Of a stretch of 56,417 nucleotides of DNA, positions 30,001 through 37,301 are shown piece by piece. Numbering within the stretch: position 1 is the stretch's first letter; each line of letters begins with the position of its first letter. The translations under genes were made by a program, and so were the position numbers. The DNA is from a virus (taxonomy: Duplodnaviria > Caudoviricetes), in the IMG/VR virus record IMGVR_UViG_3300049783_000966, positions 1 through 56,417 of that record. One strand, given 5' to 3'. The notes under the pieces were generated by a model that had not been told where the DNA came from, ran no database searches, and was given only the letters and a program-made list of their open reading frames with translations.

Positions 30001-33000
30001 ACAAGACCGTCCTTATCAGTCCAAACCTTGTCAGCATTTAACTTTGTCTGGCGGCTGACATCGGGCAAAATATTACTAAAGGCGGATCGTGCCTTTATCA
30101 GTGTGTTCCACCATTGATCAAGAAATTGGTAGGTCGGGGCTGTTACGCCTTGATCGGGCTGATTTGCCCTTTCTCTATCTGCAAGATCTTGAGAATCCAT
30201 TTCAGCATTTTTTGCTGCCCTAACCTCTAAAAATGGATTTTCGCTTGCCCAGCGCGCAGCGGCACTGGCATCAGGGAAACGAATATCAACAGATAATTCT
30301 GGGTTCATAAGACGGAAGGTGTTTATGATTTCATCATTAAAGATGGTCCAACCTTTAGTTTTACCCACCTTCCGAACGTTTTTGGTCCAGTTATTAAATA
30401 GTTTGCGGCCAATGATAGTGATTTGGGCAAGGTCTACGCCTTGATCTAGTATCCGCCCTGTTCCGTCGCCATCGGCAACGACTCTTTCAGCGTCTTGAGG
30501 CGTGTCGCGTCCAGATCCGATAGGTTCCGCGCTGCTTCCAGATTGGCTATCTCGGTCTGTATCTCCGCTTTCGGTGACATCAGATCCGGATGGTCGAAGG
30601 CTAGTTTCTGCGACTGTGGTGGCTTCGGTGACGATAGCTTCTGCATCGTATCCCTCATCAGTTATGGCGAGATAATCTCGCGCGGTTCCAGTGTATTCAA
30701 TGAGGCCTGCACGGTCCATTGCCAGATTTACAAGCGCATAGTGGACTTTGTTGGCATTCTCACGTGTGACGGTGCCTGCTTTAACAAGCGGGGACATGGC
30801 TTCAAAAACGTACTGTTGGGTAACATGGAAAGCCGTGTGCATTTGCACTGCGTTGGCCTTGGTTTTGCCCCTGATTGCAGTGTGATAACTTCCAGCGTTG
30901 CCAATTGCGACCACTTCCATGTCAGCGCCAGCATTTGCCAAGATGGTTACATCTGCGCCGGAAAAGGCGCTGTTGTTGGGGTGGTTGTGCGTGCCATATG
31001 TGACTTCACCATTGACAAGACCAGCTACGAGATAGTCAGGGAAATCTAAGCGATGACCTTCGCTTGCTGATCCAGACTTGCCCCTGATAATCGCAATAGG
31101 CATTCCGTTTTGATCAAGAAAAACGCCTGTTTCGCGGTTCGGGCTTTTTTCGATCATTTCGCGGACAAAGTCATCGGCCAGCTTGGTACGTGCGGCAAAC
31201 GATGTCGCCTTACCGGCGCGGTTCATATACCGGATCGCAGGCGCGGTTTTGCTCAGGTCATCAACCGTTTTGAAGTGCAAAAATCGGTCATGAGCGTTGG
31301 GGCCGTTGGTCGGTTCCAATACGCGGTCGATAAAATCAACCATAAGGGCGCGAGGATCGTCCACTACGGCCAATAGGGCATCATCTGATGGTAAAACATC
31401 GGGCGGCGGCGTGTCGTTCTCGGTCAATGCAGGCGCGGCGTCGTCATCAAGAGCGTTCCAGCGTTCAATCATCTTGGTACGGATGCCGTCTGATAGATCC
31501 GCCCATTTCTTTGATGCGGCGCGCGCAGATGTTTTGTTTAGAGTGCCATCACCTTGCTTGGTGCCACTCATACGCAACATCAGTTCTCGGCGTTCAGCTT
31601 CGGACATACCGTCCCACGCTTTAGCTTGATCCAATGATGGAGTTATCTCGCCATCCATTATTCGGCGGACTTCTTCCTCACCTTTTTCAGTTAGGGCTTT
31701 AAAATCACCGCGCTGACGTATCAGTTTACGTTCAAAAAAGTCGATCTTGATATAGATGGTATCCGCGCGCGTATAAGGCTCAACCCCTGTCGCTTCGAAC
31801 GCTTCGGTATTGACTTGAACAAATTGCAAGTCATTACCCTGTTGGGTTCCAGAAATTCGTGCGGCAGCCAGCAAAATTTCGTCCATGCGGGGACGCGATG
31901 GCGCAGACATTCCGGCCTCTTTCAACCTAACTCGTGCTTCATCCGGTTTTAACTTTTTGAATTCCCAATCCATTTCAATTTGGGAAATAACTCTGGATGT
32001 GTCTACTGCGGCAACGGCATCTGCTTCGGGGGCAGGCTCATCTATTGGCTGTTCGAGGTTGGCTTTGTCCCAGCCTCTATACCATGCGTTCCCTGCAACA
32101 GAGTCCGTAGGGTCAATGTATGAAGGTAAGCGACGCTCCACGCCATTGGCGTGATCTTTGCGGCCTTGCAGTTCGGCTTCTTTTTCATTGCCTTCCAGTT
32201 TGTCAGCAAGCGCGGTCTGGATTTCAGCATCATCGCCGTCACGGCGCAGTTTTCCAACAGGCTGCTTCATGTCGCCGGTTTTGATCCAATCGTTCAAATC
32301 GGCCGTTGTCATCGATGTGATGCCACCCAAGCGGTCGGGCCCACGATTGTCACTGAAACCATCGGTGTAGATCTGCACCGCTTCGCCTTCGGTATTGGTG
32401 CCAAGGATCACCTTGTGTTCATCAAAGAGACCGGTTTCGGCGTCCACCTGATCTACGACAAACACTTTCTCGGACTCGGGGCTTGGGCCCATGTAAACAT
32501 CGATGTTATCGCCATCCGCGCCAACCGTGCCTTTGATGTCGCCATAGTCGGCAGGCATGACAACAGACCAGCCGGTTCCATCTTTAGCCTTCTTGGATCG
32601 CGTGGATCCCTTGGCGTTCTCAATGGAGATATCCAGACCTCCCCACTTGAAGTGGCCCTTCTTGTAGTTTCCGGCAATCTTCTGCGCTTCCGTTGGATCG
32701 GTATCTACATCAGCTGCGGCAGCGGTGATCGCGGCAACGTCAACCATAGGTGCGGCGTTGTTTTCGATAACATCCGGCTTTGGCTGCATGTCCCGGCGAG
32801 TACGTCCTTTGAAAAGGTCGTTCATTGCATTGCGCGTGAACGCTTGCTTGTTCTTTTTTCCTTCGCTGGCTTGGACAATAGCATCCATTTTACGCACATC
32901 ATCATTTGTGACGTCAAAGCCCAATTTTGTGGCTGATCGCAGCATGCTTTCAAGTCCAGTAAGGTCAGCGTCGGACTTACTGCTTGCTGCGGTTCTGCGC

Positions 33001-35165
33001 GTGGCATCTATGATTGCCTCACCCATTTCAGACCCTACTTCACCCAGCGTGCGACGCATGTCTTCGATTGAATTTGCCTCAACCACGCCACGCTGTTCTT
33101 GAAGTTTTTGCAGGCGTCGTGACATCAGGGGGGACATGCCACCATTTTCGATTGACGCTTGTTTGCGCAGATTTGATATCTGTTGGTCGATTTCCTCAAC
33201 TGTTGACGGCATGGCGGCCGCATCTGCGGGGCGGTTGCCACGGGCCTCCACTGCATCAAAAAGACGGTCTGCAAACGGTCGCGCGTCCATTTCGATGACA
33301 TCGACATCACCATCGTCAATGGGCGGGGCTTCTGGCGCCTGTACGTCCGCTGGGCGGGGTGTGTCTGCGCCTGGTGCTGCGGCATCTGTTGAACCGGTGC
33401 GCAGATCGCGTGCGATGTCGAATTCGCTGGCATCAATGGCGATTTCCTCACCTTGGAAGCGAATAATGGCAGTTCCGTCTTCTTCACGTTGGAATACCGC
33501 TGTGATGTCTCGTCCATCAGGCGTGCGCAGATCCACGGATTGTCCGGGCTTCATGTCGGGGAACATCTGCGTTTGGGGGATTTCAGGCTCTACAACCGGC
33601 GCTGCGGCTGCCGCTTGAGCGATCGGCCCCATAGGGGGAACCGCTTGAGCGCTTTCGGGGTTTGCCGGATCCCCTTGAAGGGTTTCAGCGACTCCTTGAG
33701 CCATTGGGGACATTGGATCCCCAGCGGCAGCGGGGCTTGCACCCAAAGGCTGCTCGGCGGCAGCATCAGCCCCAGCGGCAGCCGCGGCAACCGGATCTTC
33801 TGCACCATCGTCTTGTTCATCCTCACGTCCTGCACGAGGGCGCATGCCCAATACACCAACAGGACCACCAGCCACGGCACCCATAACAAAGTTGCCCAGC
33901 GCCTCATCTGTCAAATCAACATCAAGGCCAGTCTGATTGGCGGTGACGGCGCGGGAGGTCACACCCTCGGCAACCTCTTGAAGGCCTTCTTCGGTGCCAG
34001 CAATCGCAACAGTTCCCAAAAGACGGGGCACAACGTTCGCACCGGCCAGAACGCCAATGCCACGATTGGCGATGTCAGACGTAATTCTGCCACCAACGGC
34101 ACCGATAGGGGCAGTGAATACACCCGACATATCGCCAGCATTTTCGGCAACACGGTCGCGCGCTTCCATGGGGGCCAAGCCACTGTTGACATATTGCTGA
34201 TAGATTTGGGTTTCTTGCAGTTCGCCGCTTTCAAACGCTTCGCCCACGATCTGTTCAGCGGTTTCTTTACCGCCTGTGTACGATTGACCGGCACCAGCTA
34301 CCATCGCGCCTGCGCCGCCAGTGAAATAACCAGCGATGATGATTGGTGCCAAGTTGCCAAACAGCGAGGTCATCGCGTGCCCAGCGCCGTTTAAGGTGAT
34401 TTTATCCCAATCCACCTCATTACCATCAAAGGCAGACATCATAGTTTCGGCGGCGGCAACGGCTGAATCCGACTGTTCGTCTTTGATGCCTTCACCCAAG
34501 CTGCGGATCCACGAACCCACGCCTTCGGTCGCTGCGCCTACACCTTCGGTAACTGCGACGGCGGTATCACCAACGCGTGCGCCAATTGTTGCGTCATCTT
34601 CGCTGTAACGGGCAGGGCGGGCAGCATCTACGGCTATGTCAGCACTGCCAATCAGGCCACCAATGCCTTCAACGGCCATTCCTGCGCCTTCAATGACGGA
34701 TCCGGCAGCGTTCGCCGCATAGTCAGTGATACCCCAATTGTTGTTCCGGCGTTCGCGCTGTGCTGTCTGACCTTCGGAGGGATAGACTTCGTCAGCAATC
34801 GAATAGGCCGCCTCAAGGATCTGCTTGGCCTCACCTTCGTCAGACGTCAGAACAGCGAGGGCTTGTTCGGGCGTGTCTCCGTTGGCGATGCGGGATGCAA
34901 AGAAGTGTGCGTCTTGGACGATTGATTCCTGTGTGATGTTGCCACCAACGGCGGCGCGGTCGGCCAGCGCCCAAACAACGTTGGCGGGTGCCGTTGTTTC
35001 CGTTGAAATCTGGTCGATGAAGTCTTTTGCGGTGGGTGCTGTGGCCTCAACGGGCGATTCCGCGCTGTCAGGACGTAGACCCAAAGGCGATGACGTGGCG
35101 CGGCGTGCGGCGATTTCCTCGGCGGCAGTGATGCGGGGGTCAGTCGAAAAAGCGTTTTTGGTCAT
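21045..35165 (-). CDS. Giant DarB-like polyvalent ejected protein: iPPase-like, Rmf-like, JAB/MPN, N6-MTase, strawberry-notch-type SF2 helicase, ART-PolyVal and PLxRFG domains
   Basis: GNYKKGH..DYG...GADGD.IDV..DEHKV; HNHP..S.FS..D; LEPTAGTG and NPPF; GDQTGVGKG, DESH, Q..GR.NR.GQ; VVYHGT...IKSV.N.GTFD; YFPLARFG. Confidence 0.9.
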   Translation of the reverse strand: MTKNAFSTDPRITAAEEIAARRATSSPLGLRPDSAESPVEATAPTAKDFIDQISTETTAPANVVWALADRAAVGGNITQESIVQDAHFFASRIANGDTPEQALAVLTSDEGEAKQILEAAYSIADEVYPSEGQTAQRERRNNNWGITDYAANAAGSVIEGAGMAVEGIGGLIGSADIAVDAARPARYSEDDATIGARVGDTAVAVTEGVGAATEGVGSWIRSLGEGIKDEQSDSAVAAAETMMSAFDGNEVDWDKITLNGAGHAMTSLFGNLAPIIIAGYFTGGAGAMVAGAGQSYTGGKETAEQIVGEAFESGELQETQIYQQYVNSGLAPMEARDRVAENAGDMSGVFTAPIGAVGGRITSDIANRGIGVLAGANVVPRLLGTVAIAGTEEGLQEVAEGVTSRAVTANQTGLDVDLTDEALGNFVMGAVAGGPVGVLGMRPRAGREDEQDDGAEDPVAAAAAGADAAAEQPLGASPAAAGDPMSPMAQGVAETLQGDPANPESAQAVPPMGPIAQAAAAAPVVEPEIPQTQMFPDMKPGQSVDLRTPDGRDITAVFQREEDGTAIIRFQGEEIAIDASEFDIARDLRTGSTDAAAPGADTPRPADVQAPEAPPIDDGDVDVIEMDARPFADRLFDAVEARGNRPADAAAMPSTVEEIDQQISNLRKQASIENGGMSPLMSRRLQKLQEQRGVVEANSIEDMRRTLGEVGSEMGEAIIDATRRTAASSKSDADLTGLESMLRSATKLGFDVTNDDVRKMDAIVQASEGKKNKQAFTRNAMNDLFKGRTRRDMQPKPDVIENNAAPMVDVAAITAAAADVDTDPTEAQKIAGNYKKGHFKWGGLDISIENAKGSTRSKKAKDGTGWSVVMPADYGDIKGTVGADGDNIDVYMGPSPESEKVFVVDQVDAETGLFDEHKVILGTNTEGEAVQIYTDGFSDNRGPDRLGGITSMTTADLNDWIKTGDMKQPVGKLRRDGDDAEIQTALADKLEGNEKEAELQGRKDHANGVERRLPSYIDPTDSVAGNAWYRGWDKANLEQPIDEPAPEADAVAAVDTSRVISQIEMDWEFKKLKPDEARVRLKEAGMSAPSRPRMDEILLAAARISGTQQGNDLQFVQVNTEAFEATGVEPYTRADTIYIKIDFFERKLIRQRGDFKALTEKGEEEVRRIMDGEITPSLDQAKAWDGMSEAERRELMLRMSGTKQGDGTLNKTSARAASKKWADLSDGIRTKMIERWNALDDDAAPALTENDTPPPDVLPSDDALLAVVDDPRALMVDFIDRVLEPTNGPNAHDRFLHFKTVDDLSKTAPAIRYMNRAGKATSFAARTKLADDFVREMIEKSPNRETGVFLDQNGMPIAIIRGKSGSASEGHRLDFPDYLVAGLVNGEVTYGTHNHPNNSAFSGADVTILANAGADMEVVAIGNAGSYHTAIRGKTKANAVQMHTAFHVTQQYVFEAMSPLVKAGTVTRENANKVHYALVNLAMDRAGLIEYTGTARDYLAITDEGYDAEAIVTEATTVAETSLRPSGSDVTESGDTDRDSQSGSSAEPIGSGRDTPQDAERVVADGDGTGRILDQGVDLAQITIIGRKLFNNWTKNVRKVGKTKGWTIFNDEIINTFRLMNPELSVDIRFPDASAAARWASENPFLEVRAAKNAEMDSQDLADRERANQPDQGVTAPTYQFLDQWWNTLIKARSAFSNILPDVSRQTKLNADKVWTDKDGLVRIIDTFLGSIGELDLRSPTARSAALPEGFSIKSRSKLSDENLIRVKGGAFRIVITNEGTVVGRDFYGDTDAEAVEKAVGWIGRNYPAQTEVTETPNTAPDSDPDFDGALDDMFGAPERTAEDIAKDMQDILRGLKESPDQFSNDQYDKLKPLFAEALGGVDTTGMDRRTIFSTMMKPLVTAGLTREDVTALQPFFTRYLDEDVSRETPTDTTPSGSVEAEKITIEFLRAFAAGDSFKTIVEARKLAAEALGRDITVDDHKMIEEAIEVAVVQHARDIATSGDTPDVIYDALVDLYAAQPILGQRTSGSIERQAYSTPAPLAYIASRRAGVADANMVLEPTAGTGMLLIEADASKIVANELDADRANSISQTFGPDITLTTSDATTMEMPTNVPSIIANPPFGAVFDGRKRVSWPLGVTTTTEVDHAIAWRALDNLAEDGSAVLLLGGVKKQMDGDARKKGYQSKSKRAFYKQLYDLYNVVDHFTVDGDLYKRQGAAWPVDVIVIKGRGKSSLPMPMAQAPAVLTTWADLKRKMEDGQQDAPTVGTAEQQPDANSGQLDLLSAPDAGSVSRRPDDARPTDDGQRDGSRSDDGRIDGDGSQTDVTDNSGDGSGIRGNERNPASGSPDVEPAMADPTGAADAESGIESTDIVNGPRNVPDRTVSARTRVDRDSTEIETNLQKHYVPRSNAKFAVGTLVPNNMQSAIQSALDTIEETHGDIDDFVAASLGWTRDQLLGTDDVPGYFSAEQVDAAAMAIYNAEQGKGFIIGDQTGVGKGRFVAGMLRYAHLKGYIPLFVTQKPNLYADMIRDLNDIGEENAINEVVVTNDNLTGMNAIPLEEGSDVKITSLTKAKNQKMLRNLASTGRLPEGIKYLFTTYDQMKTSSGKWPLRATAILAGGGNMFPVLDESHTAGGSGPIGWGGKREKGSTPENMAEFFRDLTQAAAGSVFSSATYAKNPSVMSLYGTTDLALTVDDIEDLAEAIEKGGVPLQQVLANQLVEAGQFARRERSYEGIEFKSHTIKVETQRSAALSKAIGGIFEFDETFMTDIRKKVGEKVAEDGATMMPDGSVGMSSVSSTNFASSLHNIVSQMLFSLKVNEVAARAIEAHKAGKKPIIAVSNTNEAILMQQMADEGVVLGDEMTVPFNTLLIRYMERLRMVNVKTIEGVSTKIRLNDEQIGTTAAKMFKDMEAELRDLDLGDMSGNPLDAILDKMRAAGMNVGEITGRQRVLVSGVVTARDSSQAFKKKTMQAYNSGKMDALLINKSGSTGFSLHATAAPNNDGKPRHMIVMQADPNIDVFMQMLGRVNRTGQIKNPTYELVGTDMAVERRPAAVLMRKMASLNANTTASKKGVVSLENVVDFLNSVGDKVTAEYLNENTEINAVLNVKYGKDDGIANLAQRITGRLVVLEPAKAEEIYAEIESRYEDVIAELDRLGQNPLEAKTLDLDARPMGSTVLREGGGTGSPLDQDTTVTLASVKKLGRSMTFDQAMAEADKARAGRTDEEINAEAAEMFDSRRDDYLLRYKNRIAAAEKMVASVAAKEDATDVQKTNAAKGVTNAKEALEREEIRFEGLKKRVLQASIGTIVQFESPLMNTEAVILGVDLSRMTDNPTAGSMLKMRLAVADASREIKIPMSRLYGLAPDVTLGIIPEGQARIAFDSGQSETREDRTIISGNMIDGFARFGTGQVVMFTTNKGVVTPGILMPQDFDLNKAVDEKAVVFQTGEQVVRFLDAVPRGLVTSDDKIAAIARRGDGYVITVMKKNGKAYYLNKSVRELLGDFDGRSGKTMDNRSDSRTDVGAALQEWINQLGAKFQVSTHKDEARMITGEMLPTFDTKAALAKGFEESESRFAQKKQTSTPAFKKWFGDSKVVDENGDPKVVYHGTDTTFDSFNGAAFFSTSEVATTYAEDRAHWGDGKSNVIAAYLSIKKLATDADIDVTAKALGIDGTDVHQGWLMVSVGMHPDAKRVIAHLKERGFDGAAFDNDYSMDDPFAEVETIAVFDPANIKSVNNRGTFDPNTPNMFNESGNQFGNVPINAKGWVKSQKDLAATAISDVMTDKFGALLSLVPGRALFTELGRNLSSARVYVRLKEEMDALRQDWQARSADTTSDWLKLARKDPAANEDLMDLMHSSTIAGFDPSEDYDADGRLSHAKMEIGRYGPDSSMYQWAQDVIETDGKRREDYAKLRAKYDALPPEFKKMFSTIAKTYTELGNAFEAAVVDNMKIAAQIALKRAKRHHKADIRKIEDDGLKGEARTEAKAKADAKLTRASARAGWALQARLASLRSEFESNRLKGPYFPLARFGNYFVTVRDASGSVVSFSRFEKKAEQRKEIARASKDKAMSVENGVLGDKATDLKGMIDPAFVADVQELMGDFDADPLLMDAIWQRWLETLPDQSIRTNSIHRKGREGYTGDAVRAFTSHTFHGAHQLARLKYGLKMSDALDDARDEAKRDKNPERAGFVVGEMEKRHNFTMTPTGGPIATAATSMAFVWYLGMTPAAAVVNLSQTTVVAPAILGARFRTFGALGALKEIGKAARDFVEGRADASKGSRVTADEKAALIEAYRRGTVDKTQAHELASVAETGVEYSDRREKVMRAVSFFFHHAERANREVTFLAAYRMAKAEKMAPDAAIEVAADVTWKSHFDYQNTSRPRIMQNDTMKILTVFRQFTVNMIYRLTKDMHAMLHSDDAVLRREARDQLLGITLSMFAHAGIRGVWGYGIIKSVFKLLVPGDDDDLDAWLQHALLLEGDGAGAASWNFGMGMVLNGTPGQLTGWSLSERIGMPTLWFRENNRRMDADQWYSRMIEEMLGPVVGIGAGAARGVKYAMEGDIIRGVETAVPKVLRDAMRAGRYTLDGVTTRRGDDLLEDISLWQGMSQLIGFTPAEIAERYDVNSRLMNRQSSIMDRRSGIQQSIRDAIIGGDSISSRDMDLMMEFNREFPEYPITNDTLSASIRSKLAASGRNEFGVQLNPRLNARIRAEQPPMVSN

Positions 35166-35188
35166 ATTGGGCTCGCATCAAAAGGCGG

Positions 35189-35209
35189 GCCCGCAATTCC
35201 TTTGCAGGC
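35189..35209 (-). promoter_or_regulatory. GGA-loop hairpin in the DarB leader
   Basis: mRNA GCCUGCAA-AGGAA-UUGCGGGC, 8-bp stem. Confidence 0.6.
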
Positions 35210-35216
35210 TAATCGA

Positions 35217-35247
35217 TGTTTACCGCACTTTAACTCTCCGCGACAAG
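35217..35247 (-). promoter_or_regulatory. Putative late promoter CTTG...GTGCGGTAAAC upstream of DarB
   Basis: 11-bp exact match (35218-35228) to 48105-48115, with the same spacing to an upstream CTTG. Confidence 0.55.
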
Positions 35248-35251
35248 GATA

Positions 35252-37297
35252 TTACCGACGCAAGACATTTGGTTGTGGTGTGGGGGCGGTTGCGGCTGGA
35301 TCCACACCGGCAGACGCGGGCCGTCCGGACGTGGCAGCTTCGGCATCACGAACAAGCTGAACCTGTTCAAGAATGGCAGCAAGTTTGTCGTCGTTGCTCA
35401 TCGCGCTCCATTGACCGGGCAACAAACTGTCTTGCACTGCTTCTAGGGCATCTGCGACGGATGTTTCGTCATCTTTTGACAATCCTTCCGTGAATATCTC
35501 GCGGCGCATGAAGTCCATGAATTCGACATCACGTTCAGTGTCATCAGCAATGCTTTGCGCTTTAGACGCTGCGGCCGCATCGCCGCGCTCAAGTTGCAAT
35601 TCAAAGGCGCGTTCTGGGGCAAACATCAGCATAGCCTCTTCAACAATCTCATTGAGGCTTTCCCATCGGCGGGTGAAGGAATTTCCATCTGCGTCGTTGA
35701 ACGTGATTTCGGCCCCAAGGATGTTACCTTCGCCATCGCGAATGAAATCAGAGTTTTCTTTGTCGATCTGCAATCCGTCGCCAAAATATTCCTCGTTGTT
35801 GTAGAGGTCCAAGATTGAAGACCCGAACAGTTCAAAATCGCCGGTCGTTGCACCCATGGCTGCGCGGGCATAATCGCGCATGCCAGCTTCAACCGTCTCT
35901 TTATCGATCCACGTTTGATATTGTTCGGCCTCGGCTACCATGCCGCGACGCATCAATTGTTCGACAATATGGGGGGCACCGATTTCACGATATTGGTCAA
36001 TCCAACGTTGGGCGGATGTCTCAACTTCTTGGGATTGCGCACCAGTTCGGGTGCCTAAACCAGTAGGGCGCGCATCTGCCTCGTTGATCGATGTGTCAGG
36101 GACGGCGGCGGCAATCTCTGCGGGATCAGCGGAAAGTGCTGCGGCGTCAGGTACATTCGGCGCGCCGTTAGGCTGCGTGTAGGGTGCTCCGCGTTCCGCG
36201 TTCATAAAATCAGGCGAGGCGTCTTGAGGTGCAGGGGTTTGCATCTGTGATGGTTGGCGGGGTGCTCCGATAGGTTGGACTGCGGCGGGCGGGGCCGGTG
36301 CGGCGTCGGGATCGGGGCGGCGTGCACCAAGGGATGTTTGAGCGCTGACTTGGTCGTTTGCTGCCCGGTCGGCCATTTCACGGTCTGTTGGCATTACTGT
36401 GCCGTCTGCATTTACCGCTGTGCGCTCGTTGATCAAGGTGCGCAAACGTTCGGCATCACGGGGTGTAAGCGCGGCTCCGGTCGGATCCGTGCCAGCGTCA
36501 AGCATTCTGGACGCGTTTGTCACAACACGTTGATCAAATTCCATGTCCGTCCCAGCGTCGGGGATGGCGGGGCCGTCACTTTGTCCCGCAACGCGGTCGC
36601 GGTGGCGCTGTTGGACTTCGGGCGGCAGAGTTTGCCAGTATTCGGCGGGTTCCATCCCCTCACGTCCGGCCATTGTTACGAACGCGGGATCCTGCATTGC
36701 TGCGGCATCAGCTGCGTTACTAGATGTTCGGGAAGGGATGTTGCTGGGCTGCACACCGCGCGCTGCCGGATCTTGAATTTGTGGCGGTGCTTGGCGATCC
36801 AATGGCATTTCGCCACCGGGTACGGCAGGACGCATACCCAGAACGGGTGCAGAAGGCTGATCTGGGGCTGAATTGCCGATGCTGGGTGCCGGTTGAGCGG
36901 GGTCAGGCGTCAATCGGTTGGGGGCGGGTGGAGAGTTGGGTGTGGGTGAAGGAACGCGACCCACGGATGCATCAGTGGGGGCACCAGTGTTTGGGGGCTG
37001 CGCACTGGCAGGGGCGGTGCCAGTCAGCGAGTCGTCAGTCAGATCGGCACCATCTTCATAGATACCGCGGATCCACGCGCGATCAGCGGCTTGGCGTGCG
37101 CGCTCACTTTGAAGATATTCTTGATCATCGCGTGCCCATCCGTCGCTTTCGTCTTGGCGACGATTACCTCGGAGACGTTGTTCTTCGTTTATTTGATCCA
37201 AACGTTCTTGGCGCGCGCGATCAGCGGCGCGGGAATCTCTGCCCTCGCGAAAATTTGCACCTTGCTGTAGTCCACCTATAAAACCACCAACCGTCAT
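35252..37297 (-). CDS. Internal virion / DNA ejection protein
   Basis: GGFIGGLQQG N-terminus, disordered Pro/Ala-rich middle, position before DarB. Confidence 0.7.
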   Translation of the reverse strand: MTVGGFIGGLQQGANFREGRDSRAADRARQERLDQINEEQRLRGNRRQDESDGWARDDQEYLQSERARQAADRAWIRGIYEDGADLTDDSLTGTAPASAQPPNTGAPTDASVGRVPSPTPNSPPAPNRLTPDPAQPAPSIGNSAPDQPSAPVLGMRPAVPGGEMPLDRQAPPQIQDPAARGVQPSNIPSRTSSNAADAAAMQDPAFVTMAGREGMEPAEYWQTLPPEVQQRHRDRVAGQSDGPAIPDAGTDMEFDQRVVTNASRMLDAGTDPTGAALTPRDAERLRTLINERTAVNADGTVMPTDREMADRAANDQVSAQTSLGARRPDPDAAPAPPAAVQPIGAPRQPSQMQTPAPQDASPDFMNAERGAPYTQPNGAPNVPDAAALSADPAEIAAAVPDTSINEADARPTGLGTRTGAQSQEVETSAQRWIDQYREIGAPHIVEQLMRRGMVAEAEQYQTWIDKETVEAGMRDYARAAMGATTGDFELFGSSILDLYNNEEYFGDGLQIDKENSDFIRDGEGNILGAEITFNDADGNSFTRRWESLNEIVEEAMLMFAPERAFELQLERGDAAAASKAQSIADDTERDVEFMDFMRREIFTEGLSKDDETSVADALEAVQDSLLPGQWSAMSNDDKLAAILEQVQLVRDAEAATSGRPASAGVDPAATAPTPQPNVLRR

Positions 37298-37301
37298 TGT
37301 G

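Noticed and set aside
21665-35493. Many long plus-strand ORFs opposite DarB (e.g. 33453-34394, 32151-32936, 34825-35493)
   Set aside because: Antisense shadows of a GC-rich coding strand; no motifs or RBS
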